A stretch of DNA of 62,908 nucleotides, counting the filler, from Circinaria calcarea (lineage: Eukaryota), in NCBI GenBank assembly GCA_051942165.1. It is 3 parts of 3 records of this genome, joined end to end, with 100 filler letters (N's around TTAATTAATTAA, not from the genome) between each part and the next. Parts side by side here need not be neighbours in the genome. Positions count along the whole stretch, not along the records: positions 1 to 20,925 come from JAVECS010000157.1; positions 21,026 to 41,918 come from JAVECS010000158.1; 1 more part is not named here. The stretch is one strand, 5' to 3'. Each line of letters opens with the position of its first letter. Within the stretch, counting starts at the first letter, position 1. The notes below the pieces were generated by a model. It had not been told where the DNA came from. It searched no databases and saw only the letters and a program-made list of their open reading frames with translations. A program made the translations under genes and the position numbers. Of the stretch, positions 10,868 through 24,448 are shown piece by piece.

Positions 10868-13849
10868 GGTAAAGAGTTTGCTCTACTGAAGTTTAGATAC
10901 CTGGCGTTTGGGAATGTGGTGGAAAACTGCTCGAAAATGCATACTATGAATTGTATTTGAGGTGATGGAGAAAGTTGGTGTTTCTATCATATGTAATTTG
11001 CCCAAGCAAAGCTGACATAGGACAATAAGCTTGGTTGGTTAGCTTTCTACTAAATGACATCCCCTATGATGTGGGGCTTTCCGTATCCAAAGCTGACCCA
11101 AGGTGGTTTCCCTTGGCGACTTGTTTCGATAATGCCTCCTGGTTAGTTGACTTTTAAGTGAATTGTCTTATTATTTTCTTTACCTATACGCAACATGAGC
11201 AGCAACATATATATGAATACCGTACGTTTTTCTATCTCTACTATCTTTATAGAATCCTAACATTGCGCCCAAACATAATTGCGCCATTCATTCGGCAAAG
11301 CAGTAACCTCAACGTCTCTAAGCACAGTGAGTTGTCCTCGAAGGCATTCGGTCCATCAATGTTAATGAAATGTGAATCTTTGCAGATCCTACTTCCTTCT
11401 CATTGCATTTACCGCTGTCCACCGAACTTTACTGCCTAATCTTGCACAAGCTTGGTCGGCCTCGTATATTACCCATGATTGGTTGAGCCTTACCAAAGTT
11501 GATGTTTAGGACATTGGTTTGAAGGTATGGTCTAGAGGGACCATGTCAACAAGTTTGAATTTTTTGGCAGAGAGCATGCAGCCTACAGGGCCCAAACCCA
11601 CGTAAGAAGCATCGCGCAAACGAAAAATAACTCGCTACGGAATATATTAGCTTCAAGTGAAACTCAGAAGGTCAAAAGATTCTGATAAAAGCATACAAAT
11701 CATCTGCCTCAGTCAACCATGGAAAGGTAGAATGAGAAATTAACGACTTAAATTATTAGTGGATACATCATCTTTCAAGATAGCTGGTCTCGATCTGCCC
11801 GTGCTTAGTCCCGAGTTTCATATAAGAGACATAGCAAGAGAGGGGAGCTTCTATCAAGTCTAATAAAAAGGGAACTTTTTTAGAGGATGTGGATGGCGAT
11901 AAGTTTTCAGCAAAGACGATAGCGAAATGGCCTTTCCCCATATCGGATATGGTACACTCCCGGAATAACGTTGAACCGACGCGAATTAACATCCAACCCT
12001 ACCGGATAGAAGTCATAAAGAACAGGTTATCTAGGAGCGACCGCTCATACTACGCCGTTTATCTGATGATGTGCCTGGTGTTCAAAAATTTACTGCAAGC
12101 TTTGATGATGATATCCACACCATCAGGCAGGGCCTGTACGCTTTTGGATCTACCATCCAGGAATATCCAGAGTCAGGCTGGGTTGGTGACCAAGCAACAA
12201 GCCACAAACGACATAAGCCAGAGGCTAGGAACCTTCTGGTAGCACGTTAGAGATTTCATGGAACAATTAGAGGATACAGTTACTACCCGAAAGTCGACAA
12301 ATTTCAGATTAAGCACAAGAGTTACTAGACCACTCTCATATGCTTTGAAAAGACGCAGACTCCCTTTGGCACAATACAACTTACAGCAGAATGCGACTGC
12401 CGCTAGACCTCAGGGAGAGTCTGTGGATGATCACACTTTCGAGCTTATGGATTTTTGGGATTGGATTTACTTTTACAGAGCGACCGTCAGACCATATCTC
12501 GATTTGGCGAGCACAGTAACTACCCGGGACCGCAAACGTCGACAGTCCGGCTCTCCGCAAATTCAGTGGTCTTGGTCGTACATGAAACTTGGTAATGAAT
12601 ATAGGAGTGGGTTCTATCCCTATTAGTAATAATATTACGTTGTTGAGGACCAGGCCCGAATTATGTTTACATCTTATAATTGTTGCTTTGACGCATTTCC
12701 TACATTAGGAAAAGATTACGTTGGATGTTGTTAGGCTTTATTCAACTCTCACGGCCGTGGCGTCACGACGTACAGAGCGTAAAGGGCTGATATCTGGACG
12801 CTTACATTGGAACTGGCTCCGGACTCTTTCAATCTACGGCTGTCTTCAAAATAGAGGTTTGTTTCAACTATAGCATTTCGGTAGGCCCCAGTCCTGTCCG
12901 AGGAAGGAGAATCAATGGCTCACATTCTTATGAATGAATTCCAATCAACGGGGCCTAAAGCTGTGCAATCCTACCGCAATTTCCTAGTCAATTATATCAC
13001 CCACCCATCGTCGGTAGGATTGGCCGAGAGGAATGTGCAACTAATGATTTCATAACGGCGCACCACAGTACCGGGTACCGGCCTAGGATCATATACCAAT
13101 AGCTTACAGTCAATTGCGCTCGTATTGCCTAGAGTATGCTATATTACCGAGTTTGTTTTCAGAGGAAAAGGAGATAAGGAGAGCTGAGGTTATTATTAAT
13201 AATAAATCGATAATCAGGGATTTAATAGCGCTAGCTTGATATGCTTTTCTTCTGTATAATATTAGATGGACACCATCAGCCTCCTTAAGGCTTTTGATTC
13301 TTATTAAACTTGATAATTTCGCGTGGGATATTAGCTAATTATTACGTTGAGATATTACGTCTGAGGATATTAATTATAGTAAGAGGACGTGGATGAAAAC
13401 TCGCAACGCAGAACCCCCCTACTTGATACATTATAATTGAGAATTGTGGATTGAATTAGATTTTCGCCAACAATGGAATAAGAACAGAAGGAAGATAAAA
13501 GATGCTCTAAAAGGCCGTCCATTGATTATTACTTTGATTGTGTAGAGCATTCATAGCTTATCAGAAATAACGAGCTCGGAAGGGTACATTAAACGAACTC
13601 GTCCACGACGTAAGGTATTATATATATTTATAAATTAAACTACAACACCAGGTCATTGTTCTGTAAAATTCGGTAGAGGTATTAATTTGTTCAAATTGCT
13701 GAAACTATCTTGAGGCGGGTTAAGAGCCAGCCAGCATCCACTATTTACTTTACAGAGTACGGCTCCGAGCAAAGGCTTTGCTCCAAAATGCCGTAGAACC
13801 CCGTTCTCTTGATTTCGGGAGCACTGACTGCGCCAGTGAAGTGACAAAA

Positions 13850-15731
13850 TAGATGTGCGGGCTTCAAGACTGTTGAAAAAACAAGCGGCAGAAACTTTCC
13901 TTGGAGCTAGCCATAGTACCTAAAATATTCTGGAAATTGCGGCAATTGAGGCCACAGTCAAGACTGCCGGTCCGACCAACGACGTATACTCTGGAAATAA
14001 CTTTATCTCGGGATTAGGAGATCTTATAGCCCGCGGAATTATTTAGCATCTTCGTGTGAGGAGTACATCGTGGTCAAGAAACAGGGACCCTAGAGCAGGA
14101 AACTGACCGGGAAATACAAAGGAAATTATCCCGCATTAAAAAATCAAAGATTCTTGCCATGTTCCATGGGACTGATCGATTGAATCCAACGACATTGCTC
14201 GAGAATTGCTCGGTTCGGCGTTGGCAGCAGAAGGGATATAGGGAGTGAAGCCAAGACCAAATTCGAAAGGATCGGCCAACTTTCCTAATGAGCCAGAAGC
14301 CGCCCTAAGGTTCTTAGCTAGAATTATCTTCTAGCAAAACAACCAAGATATCCCACGCTCTCAGAGTTCAAATCAACTGCTGAGCTTGACAGATACTTCT
14401 CCAAAACGGGGATTCGAGGGGAAGTGAATACCTGTCTTTGTATCGACGTAACCTCTACCAAATCCAGAACTTATTCGCTGCTCGAGTATGTACGTCGAAA
14501 ACTTCTTGCTCTGGCCTGTGTTAGAAAGCAGAATGGGCGAAATTCGATAAGAAGATCACAGCATGCAAGCACAGGATCTTCGTTTCGTCCCATCACGTAG
14601 GAAACATCCAATCTATGCGACACAATAAAATAGGGAGGCGGTGCTTGCTTTTTGACAACCAGTGGGAATTCTCAACGCCAGCGAAAATCAGAATACAAAC
14701 AAGGCAGCATTCGACCGCGTTGATACCCTTCATATAATCTTTTTAAACATCGAACTCACAACAAATACCCTGGGGGGCCAGCTTCCTCGACTGGCTGATC
14801 TGGGACCGCGTGTCCCTGAACGAAGTCACGACTTGGGAGGTGAAGGCTGACGTTTGAAGGCTTACTATTAATCACGGCGGTTTATGAGGATTTTCTAAAC
14901 TGCCGATAGGAATCCTGCAACTGAACCTGAACGCTACCGGTAGCATCTAACGCATACGACGCATTCGATATGTTTGATGATTTCGATCACAACCCATCGG
15001 TCCAAGCGAAGGCACTCGATGCATTTAATAAAGCATATGGTCATCCTGGAGAAGAACGGAGCAAAGTTTGTTTTAGAAGATATGCCTAAGAGTTTGAGAC
15101 ACTGGGTAAAAGATTTCGTTTGATTCAGATTCGCGAGAAAAACTTACGGCCAAGGCTCGAGACACTAACTGGGAGGATAACGGTGGAGCTAAAAAGGGAT
15201 ATCCGAGCCATCCGAGATAAGTTGGCCGCACCTGGGCACTTCTTTCTCCATTCCAGGGGCTCCGAGGTGCTGGCACATTTCTGACACCAAATCTCCCGGG
15301 CCAGAACACGACGATACCGGACGCTTCCGTTCCATCACAGGCCTCCTAGATCTGATACCTTTCTTTACACTAGAAACGCTATTGGAAATTGGGGGTTTAA
15401 TTCGCTGAATCAGAAATCTCAGTATTCAGATGATGAAGCGAACCGGAACGACTAGAAATGGACCGTCGTTCTATTTCGAGCATGATGACAAGGCTTTTTG
15501 TTGAAATTCATCCAGGCTTACCGAGAGCTGAGAGGCCAAGTTATCTCGGTGGGCAGATTGATCAAAGACGCTAAAACTCAAGATAATGCGGATGAGCTGA
15601 CCGATCGCGATGATGATATGGCGAGCAACTCTCACATAACGACGACGGACAGCAGAATCGACAAGCGGTTGAGAATGGCCAACAACCGCGTCGACGGTAC
15701 CCCAACCCCCCATCACACCTCAACCTCGTAA
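13850..15731 (+). pseudogene. Probable decayed protein-coding gene, family not recognised
   Basis: Long protein-like stretches on + (e.g. ILNASENQNTNKAAFDRVDTLHIIFLNIELT; LLKFIQAYRELRGQVISVGRLIKDAK) broken by many stops and frameshifts. Flanked by AT-rich DNA. Boundaries approximate. Confidence 0.3.
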
Positions 15732-16940
15732 GCACTTTCTTCTCCTACTCACTTCCTCTATCATCTTCATATTTTTACCGTCAGCAAATACCGTTATACG
15801 AGAAATGCCAAAGATGCCAAGTCGGCTCGCTGGCGTGACCCCCGAACCCTACTAAGGTTAAAGTTTCTATTCCTTTTCAAAGTAGAAGGCATTAGTGAGG
15901 CTTTAATGAAAAAATGGAAGTACATGTTAAAAGGTTTCAGCAAAAGATAGAGAGAAGCGCTTTTTTGCGCTTCTTGAAATGTGGAAAGAGGAGATGGGGA
16001 TGAAAACCTAGATAACCAAGCCCTAATCTTGGCTGATTAAAGTACTCAAAGCCTAGCTTTTATGAAAATAAATCTGCAGACAAACCTTTCGAAAATACCA
16101 AATTGCGGCTCCGTTCGTTCGCCGAAAGATAGAAAAGAAACTCTTTTGGGACTTGACCAGGAAAAGAGCAAAATCTTCGTACCGAGGAACAGCATCGAGA
16201 CGCTGTATTGCTTAAAGATAATATTCTTTACCAAAGGAATAGGGTAACAAGAAGATCTCATCCGATATAGAATTTAATATTTAATAAGACTGACTTCTAC
16301 GGACGGCTGATATATTTCTCCGCTCAGTCGTGGTGTTAGATCTCGGGGAACTTTTATTTCCTCAACGATCTACTCTACGTCTTTTCATCCCCAGTACGGC
16401 CTGCAGGTACATGCATACAAGGTGATGGAAACACCATCGAGTCTAATCAGGGATAGTTGCAGTGCCACTTTATTGCTCTGTAAGGGAGAAGTGCTAAATA
16501 ATCAGCCGTCTTTAGGCAGGGATTTTGATAGAATAGGGCCAATCCCACCATTTCTTCGTCAGTTGTGGGGCGCAATACTGCCAAGATGGTGCGATGTAGA
16601 TTCCCCATACTACACGGTGACACTACTGGTAGCATTAAATCGAGTATGAATCCTTCACTCGGCTTGGCGTCGCATCGGGGGCTTCTTTGAGGATATACGA
16701 ATTCAAACTACTTATATCACGAATTCGGAGCAACGAGACTGGGTACACCAGTTGTTAAAATTGTTACTCGAGTACTAAAAGATAACGAACGTGTTACTTG
16801 AACGAGCATCCAACATTGCCGCCACTTCTCTCAAGCCCACTCCATCATGTTGCCTAGCGATCAGTCTGCCCTACTTAGTGCCCGCCTCCCTCCAAGAATC
16901 TGAAAACATCAACGTCCGTTGGCACTGCACAATTCCCATC

Positions 16941-17258
16941 TCAGCGGAGACTATAGCTCCTGATGACTCGGGAGGGGGTGAGTGGATGATCCCCTTCACC
17001 GTTGCTATAGCTCAAGCCACTGCAGCCACGGTTGACGTACAAATTGAATTCCGTAGGGTCAATGTGGGCAGGAGTGTGGGGACGAAAGTTGACTCGATTG
17101 ACATCAAGAGCGGGGGTGTGAGAGAGGGTATTGCAGTCAACATCGAAGCGTCCATTGAGGTTGACGTGACGCCCGTCCGTACCGTATAAGTCAAGGTTCC
17201 ATGCCGATGTGGCGGCGATGGTGGAGAACAGTGCGAATCCCAAGGTGCTGAAATGCAT
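16941..17258 (-). CDS. Small secreted protein (105 aa), effector/killer-toxin-like candidate
   Basis: Intronless ORF with signal peptide MHFSTLGFALFSTIAATSA|W, two Cys, and motif FNLYVNRGCSG...IRSY. Confidence 0.8.
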   Translation of the reverse strand: MHFSTLGFALFSTIAATSAWNLDLYGTDGRHVNLNGRFDVDCNTLSHTPALDVNRVNFRPHTPAHIDPTEFNLYVNRGCSGLSYSNGEGDHPLTPSRVIRSYSLR

Positions 17259-20200
17259 TTTTCGTCGGTCTAGGTATGGAATGTTAGAGGTTCAGATAAT
17301 CAGAAGTCGAGGGTCGAGAATAGTACCAAATACGGTTTTCTGCTTAAGTCTTTGCGAGGTGTTACTAATGGTGATGGATCGGTGCTGCTGCAGTGATGGT
17401 TGTTGGGATAGAATGAAGCAAAATCAGAGACTGTTGTCCTAACTTTATAATCTCTGGAGCCGCTGCTCCAAACACGCTTGTCCTGTAGTCTGTAGTATGA
17501 GCGCACCCGAATCCCTGCATACTTCTTGTCCAAGCATGAGGGGTTTCACTTTAGTCATAACAATACATTGAGTACGATGTTCCATTGCAGTGTGGTAGGA
17601 AGCAAGCAGAAAGGATAGAGAGGAAATGGGCTATTAGCCAATGCATCACGTAGTTTACGTTGTCCAAGACCTCTAACAGTGTAGCCCGTGCAATGTACAC
17701 TGATAGTTCGCGGCACAGTGGGCACTATCAAACTCCAGCTCCTGGCGTAGTGACAAGGTCGTAGTTTAGGGGTGTTGTATGGCACTGGAATGGCAGTGTA
17801 AAAGGTGCTATGTTGATATTGTAGCCCTATATCTAGTTTCAATAGTCATCTTTTTTAGTCCCGGGGTCTTTAATATCCGATGACCGATGCTACTTACCGC
17901 TGCTTAGCGGTATTATTAGTGTGCACTACCCCGCACTGACAGCGGCTGGCTCAGCGCCACCTCCGCAATCTTGTTTCATCTTAACTCCGCAAAAGGATTA
18001 TTCCGATCCAATATTGTATAATTCCTTTTCACGCGCACGCTACTCTCTTATTTTAGCAACCCTCTGACCTATACTAATGTATATAATATTCAAAAAAAAT
18101 ACGCGGCAGCCAAGCAAAGCAGTCTGAGGCAAGATCGCTGGATATCCCGTGGCTCAGATATCAAGGCGACGGTGTAAAGGATACTGCCGAGACCGTGCAG
18201 CTTACTGCACCGTACCGGCTTAGCTTGGCTGATCCCTCTGGTGTAGTATTTACATTGTCAATATCAGAACGGGAGCATTGGCACCGCCCTCGCCGTATGC
18301 CTCCTTACCGAAGATAAGCCCACGTGTCTCTTGACTACGTAATTTATACGAGCTCTAGGCTAAAGGCCCACTCTAGTCCTTGTGGTTCCGGTAGTATTCT
18401 TGACACTCGGATTGGTAATCCAAGTTAAATGCCCTTCCCCCGGCTAACTAAATCTGATAGAGTCAGGACAAGTGGAGAAACATGTTGCCCATCGGATTAC
18501 CTATTAGATTCTGAGAGTGAGGAAGCAGCTTGAAAAGTAAAATAGAGGATGGTTAAACCCGAAACAATCGAAGGAAGAGACGCAGAACGGATGTTTTGGG
18601 TTGTCCTGTTGCCGAGTTCACTTAATATCACGAAACTGTACTTAAGACCTTTCAATGCCACGACCCAGCCCCTCCAACACCTCTACCAGCAATAGCTGTG
18701 AGAGTGGATCATTTCGTCCCGCGGGTTGGAAATCGAGCAAATGCCACCGCTGCGAGAATAAAAAGGCCATATGACATCTACCAGCCATTATGGCATAAGG
18801 CTCACCTCTGGGATAAATAATTCCTGAATTTTCTTTCCCCCGCCACCCATTGGGAGAAGCTCGCTAAAGACAAAGGAGAAAATTATTGGTATTAAGTTTT
18901 CATAACGTCTCCAATATCTAGTTACTTCTGTTCCATAGCATTCTCTCTTCTGCGAAAAAGTCGATTAACAAGGCAACGGAGAAGACTGGAACCATCCCGG
19001 CCAAATACCTCAAGTAAAGGATAAATCAACTACTTCTAGGCACCAGGAACAGCATTCGAGGGAAAAGTCTATACTCTTTTCCTCGCCTAAAGCATACTTG
19101 ACATATCTGAGGCTAGGAAGGCGACATGCGGTAATCCCTACGATTCCAAGCTGAAGAGCCAGATTGACCAAGAGCCATTATATACTTCTCACATAGTCCG
19201 CCATCTCTTAAGTGAAGTTTCCGGATTACAAGTTTCCTGGCGTATGGAAGGGAAATACGGGCCTGGTAAGAACGCAAAAGAAAAATTTGCACGTACTTTT
19301 CTACCTGCCCATACTCGACACATGCATCTCCTCTAACAACCAAGATACAATAGACAACTCGGGGCATGCTGACCCCGTTACAAGAGGATCTCAGTAGGGA
19401 GAAAGGCTGGTATGTTAAATGATACCATAAGAGATCAACCCACCAGACAGAGGTCCTACCTCAAAAATTACAAGCAGCTTCAGCCAAGATCGGGGAAATT
19501 AGTACCCTGTAATCGAAATCCATCTTTAAAGAGTAATGAGCTTTTCAAGTATAGAGACTGGAGCAGATTCAAGTAACGAGATTGTGCAGGAGCTCAAGCG
19601 GAGAACATATCCCCCGGCGAATATCTCAATCTTCCTCGGCATTATGTCATCTCTGAGCGCCAGACTTCCAAGGCATACCACCAAAACACAAGACAGCATC
19701 GTGGACCCTGCGAGGCTAGAAATAATAACAATCTCCAAAAACAGGGATGCAGAATCTCAACCCTAAGCCATGCTCCTCATATCCATCGAAGCCTGCTGGT
19801 GTGCAACAAATTCCATCTCTCCGAAATTCCTGGTACGACCCCTTCCCCTACTATATCAACAACACCAACCACCGTGCGACTATCCTTCCCCTCGCCATCG
19901 ACTTGAAAAAATAAAATCCAGCTCCGGATGCCCTTTTGCACATGGAACCTACCAGCTCGCCCCTCTGTTGAGTAGTGTGTATGGTGGCATGCATATATTA
20001 CTAAGGAATGTAATCATCTAATTAGCTATGCAGCGACAAAGCTTTCACATGAGGGGTGTAGGGGGTGATGACCATGGACCTCGTCCACCACCTGACTTGT
20101 TGGGCTCTATGCTTCCCAACACCTTCTTCTCAATCCTATTTCCCCCCTGTTCAACTCCCTCTTACCCACGCCTTATAGACAGGATCCACCAATTCCACAT

Positions 20201-20925
20201 TCCCCCCTCCTTCCTATATTACTGCTCCCCCTTTGCCCCACAAGCCGACTATCTCGGCTCCCGGCGAAGAGATTTTCCCGACAAGGGGAATTATCACAGA
20301 CAGACAAAACGAGAAAGAGATCATTGATTGGTTCCGGATCTTTAATCACCGACCACTTCGCCTCTCTTGCCCACCCCAAAATGAATAAGGCAAAGGCTGA
20401 TTCCAGGTTCGAGGCATCGATATATGCTGAGAAACTCAACGGGCCTCGTGCTATGGGATCAGATCCAGAAATAGACGCGAGATGGTAATCCAGGAAAAAA
20501 GGGGGAAAAGAGAAGGGAAAAAATGGAACTAATATGGGGCTCGGGGGAGCAGGGCGGGAAAAGGCAAGTAGAGAGACTTGGGATGCATTTCCCCAGAAAA
20601 GCGCGCCATTTTTAATGGCCTGCAGGTAGGTAGAAAGACCTTCAGGGCCGTCAATCGTTACACTACTGTACGGGACGGTACGGTACAGTATAACCGCAGT
20701 GGCGATGCAAACATACCCGCCCCACCTCTCTCATCCTTTAGCAGTATATATAGTATCTCGAGAACTCATGCACTTGCAAACCGCAACCGCGACCCGAATA
20801 GCCCCTTCCTAACTCGGGCAGTTTGCAAACACTGCACAGTGCACACAAAACCTGCAAAACCGGCTTGTACTAATAATCTACTAATCGGAGGGTAGGGGGC
20901 CTCTGTTTTTTGGGGTAGGGAAGGG

Positions 20926-21025
20926 NNNNNNNNNNNNNNNNNNNNNNNNNNNNNNNNNNNNNNNNNNNNTTAATTAATTAANNNNNNNNNNNNNNNNNNN
21001 NNNNNNNNNNNNNNNNNNNNNNNNN
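20926..21025. other. Artificial contig-join spacer
   Basis: 44 N + TTAATTAATTAA (stops in all six frames, 20970-20981) + 44 N. Confidence 0.97.
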
Positions 21026-21283
21026 GGCATGCAAGACCCCCGGGCCCCCGACTACCAAGCAAACTCCCGGCCTGCCCGTCAAGTAGCCATATGCGCTCGC
21101 CGCATAGCTAGCAGCCTGCTCGTTCCTGAAGCCGATGAACCTAATGCCCAGGTTGATTGCTTCCTCGGCGATCTCAACGACTGGTATGCCAACGATGCCG
21201 AAGAGGACAGTGACGCCAAGATCGTGGAGAGACTGCGCAATAATGCGCGCGCCGGTAGGAGGAGGAGACATTGGGATAGACAC
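21026..21283 (-). CDS. 2-hydroxyacyl-CoA lyase / oxalyl-CoA decarboxylase-like ThDP enzyme, N-terminus only (cut by contig end)
   Basis: [77 protein letters not shown]. Confidence 0.92.
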
Positions 21284-21546
21284 CGAAGATCATCATCAAT
21301 GGGACATGTTCTCCGTGCTGCATCAATCCAGCTTCTCTCGAAGTTACTGCCATATGAAAGATGCTCCATTCGAGCCATTCGAGCCATGCTTGCTATGATG
21401 TCATAGCACTCGCCAGTTTTTAACTTCGGGCCGCCCGGCAAAATCATAGCCGCGGGCGGCTGGTTTCCATATGCGTACGCCTTAGTTTCAAGATTGGTTT
21501 CGACATCTTAACCGCTCCTGCAGCTACATTTACTATTCCCAGAATA

Positions 21547-21688
21547 CAGAGTACAGGCAGCTCGTGCTAGAATATGCAGGTGCCTATTATGATTAATACT
21601 GACCATGATCCCTGTATTCACACAACCAAAAGGTCCGTGCAGTAATATACCACCCGGGTATATTCTAGCCCGAGCTGTCTGTACTCTG
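21547..21688. mobile_element. MITE family A (Tc1/mariner-type), 142 bp
   Basis: ~31-bp TIRs CAGAGTACAGGCAGCTCGTGCTAGAATATGC / GTATATTCTAGCCCGAGCTGTCTGTACTCTG, flanked by TA on both sides. Related copy at 41470. Confidence 0.88.
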
Positions 21689-22182
21689 TACTGTCCTATC
21701 ATTCTTTGATCCCTTGTTTTGATACGAGATTATAGACCTGGTACATACAGAATCCCCGCGGCTGGGAAATTGGTTGGAATTCCATATAGTACAATTTCCT
21801 ATTCATGTCAACATAACGGGTACAGACTTCTCGCAATGGCGGTGTTTTGATGTTATTGGTTCCTAATCCATGCAGAAAGATGCAGAGCTCGAACATTGGA
21901 AGATTGAACCATTGCATACTGGCGGAAGTGTTAGCCAATTGAACTGTTGCAGATTGCCGTATAAGCGCACGGTGCCCCAATACTCCTGAAACCATGAAAT
22001 GCTGAGTTCACAAGGCAAAAAGGGGCTAATTCTAAGTTTCTACAACCAACAAGCCCTTTGGAACTGGCTTCTTCTTGGCTCAGTCGAATCCACAGACAGT
22101 CTAGCCTTGAAGGTACCGAAGCCGTTGGTTGACCAATGTCAGTAACAGCGACGACTGCCCATACCACTCTCTCCTTAACTAC

Positions 22183-22989
22183 ATGGACACTATAAAACAA
22201 GATGATGGTCTACAAGCAGCATATCCTCCAGCGTTTCCAGAGTTCACAAAATCGTCACACCTAGAAGCAATCGTCGAACCGGGAGAGTACCAATCTGATC
22301 ATGATCTGAAAGGCATAGATGCCGCCGCTATCCATGAACCGATTCTAAAAACGAAACACCGGCAAAGAATATGTGGGCTGCGCAGGAATATATTTTGGAT
22401 TATAGTCGCACTAATTTTATTAATCTTGGTGGCTGGAGCTATTGGCGGAGGAGTCGGAGGCTCGAAGGTCACGAAGAAGTCTAGCGATAGGTACCGTCAC
22501 GGTGGCAAGATGCAAAAGCGGTGTTAGAGCTAACAGCAAAGTAGTAATACAACAGGCATATCACCCACGTTAACGGCTTCACCCATAATATCATTATCCG
22601 TATCCACCGCCCCTACAGCAACATCAACATCTATCACTTCTTTATCTCCAAAAGGTCCACTCAAGACAACCTGTCCAGATATAAACAACTCCGAGTACAC
22701 GTCCCCAGCCGGCAATGGCACCGATAAATACCAACTTCTCTGTCTGGTCGATCTCGGTTCCTTGACTCGTGGGAACACCGAAAACGACATTCAGAATCTC
22801 CCCACCGAAACGCTCGAGTTATGCATCGACCAGTGCGTGGCGTACAATCAGTATAATCTCTCCCCTACATGTATGGGTGTCACGTGGAGGTTTAATATCA
22901 CGGTCAACTGTTGGCTGAAGCGGAATGCAACAAATCCTCTTCCGGCTCGTCCTGCGGCTGGTGTTAAGAGCGCACGGTGGTTAAGATAG
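22183..22989 (+). CDS. Single-pass type II membrane protein with Ser/Thr stalk and C-terminal PAN/Apple-like Cys domain, 2 exons
   Basis: RICGLRRNIFWIIVALILLILVAGAIGGGVGG TM segment, S/T-rich linker, then TCPD..YQLLC..LELCIDQCVAYN..CMGVTW..NCWLK. Confidence 0.82.
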
Positions 22990-23297
22990 TACAGTTTGGA
23001 CGGGAGAATTCTGGCCTCTTTGTAACAGTTACCAGAGCATGGCGTTGACCCATACCAACAATTGTCCGGGGATGTCCCAAACAGAGTGTCACATATCAGT
23101 CACAGCAGTGGCAAAGCAGGCTCTATAGATATTATATATTCCCCGAGATGGGGGTGAACCTGATCCGTTTTTAGTGTGGAAAGGAAGTAAAGCCGTTTTA
23201 AGAAGGAACAGCGGGAGAGCAACGGGGGAGCACGAGAGAATAAGATTAAAACACGGGGGAACAAAGAGGGAGCACAAGGGAGCAGAAGAAATAAAAA

Positions 23298-24054
23298 TAA
23301 TTTACGGCGAATTACTGCCATACCCCCCTATTTACTCCCATACCCCCCTCCCTCTATATACCTCACTTTCTACACTAGATAACTCAACGCGCCACGAACG
23401 GATTTTAGATATTTTAACTCCGTTGAACAGCCCTAAATCAGAGCTTTTCAATACATTACAAATACTTAAAATCCGTTTACGGCGTGTTGAGTTATCTTCC
23501 ATGAAGCGTATTTCATATACTGCAGCTTGAAAGGCCTAAATTATTTATGGGCCTCACACCGAATACTCTCGCAGTGAAATATTATCATGAATATCACTCC
23601 GATCGAGGTTATTTTTTAATTCGTTGGAAAGCGCCCTAGATCAGGGCTTCTTAACGAACCAAAAATAATCGGAAATCCGTCCACGGCGCATTGAGTTATC
23701 TAGTGTAGAAAGTGAGGTGTATAGAGGGAGGGGAATATGGCGGTAAGATGGAAGGGGGAGTATGGCAGTAAAGAAAAGGGGTATAGGGGTAACAAAGAAA
23801 TGTTCGGGGGGTATCTACCCGAGAACCCCCTACGAACCCTACGGGTGAACTATACACCGAGGTCACGAGGTATTAACTTAGCGAGAAGGGTTTTCGCTGC
23901 GAAGCGTTACACCAGAATTCTTTAGTAATAATTCATACGCACATACGAGCCAATTGAGCACATTATCACATAGTTTACCGACCCTTATTCGTAAGATCAT
24001 TATACTATTCGTAGAGGATCCTTACAGGTATGGCAGTAATTCGCCGAATAATTA
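23298..24054. mobile_element. Foldback/palindromic non-autonomous element with nested inverted repeats
   Basis: Outer IR CGGCGAATTACTGCCATACC (~23305-23324) pairs with 24027-24046. Inner ~60-bp IR 23345-23405 pairs with 23673-23733. Third partial arm at 23468-23497. AT-rich, non-coding. Confidence 0.75.
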
Positions 24055-24448
24055 AATATAATTTAATAAAAAAGATAACCTGTTACGATTCCGTTGAACT
24101 TTACGGGGTTTCTGAATACTCGCGGTAAAGTGTAATAGTAGGCACTGAATCACGTCTCTATTACGTGTGCACAATGCAGTAAGTGAGGCAGTTCATACAT
24201 CATAATTCGAATGCAATATGCGTTCATTCGGAATCTATGAAAAGTCTATTGGTTTTGAGAGAGAAAAAACAACGCTTTTATGTGTTCCACAGCGCTAATT
24301 CCTCGCGTAATTACACGCGCGAAACTGCGAGTCCGCGTGTATTGTGCCTAGTTCGACATTACCTTATATTTCCATTTCTGGGTGTTCGCTTCTGGCTCCT
24401 TCAAACGGGTGTGGAACGTATTTCTAATCAGCCCCATAAGCGGACAGC

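Noticed and set aside
11768..13100. Possible gene from ORFs 11889-12242 and 12258-12626
   Set aside because: Interrupted by stops, with no recognisable domain or consistent splice model. At most an unidentifiable relic.
18400..20900. Scattered short ORFs and TGCAAAC-rich stretch near the contig end
   Set aside because: No motif, convincing TIR/TSD or coherent gene model.
20970..20981. TTAATTAATTAA palindrome as a biological site (also 41963-41974)
   Set aside because: Embedded symmetrically in N runs; an assembly linker.
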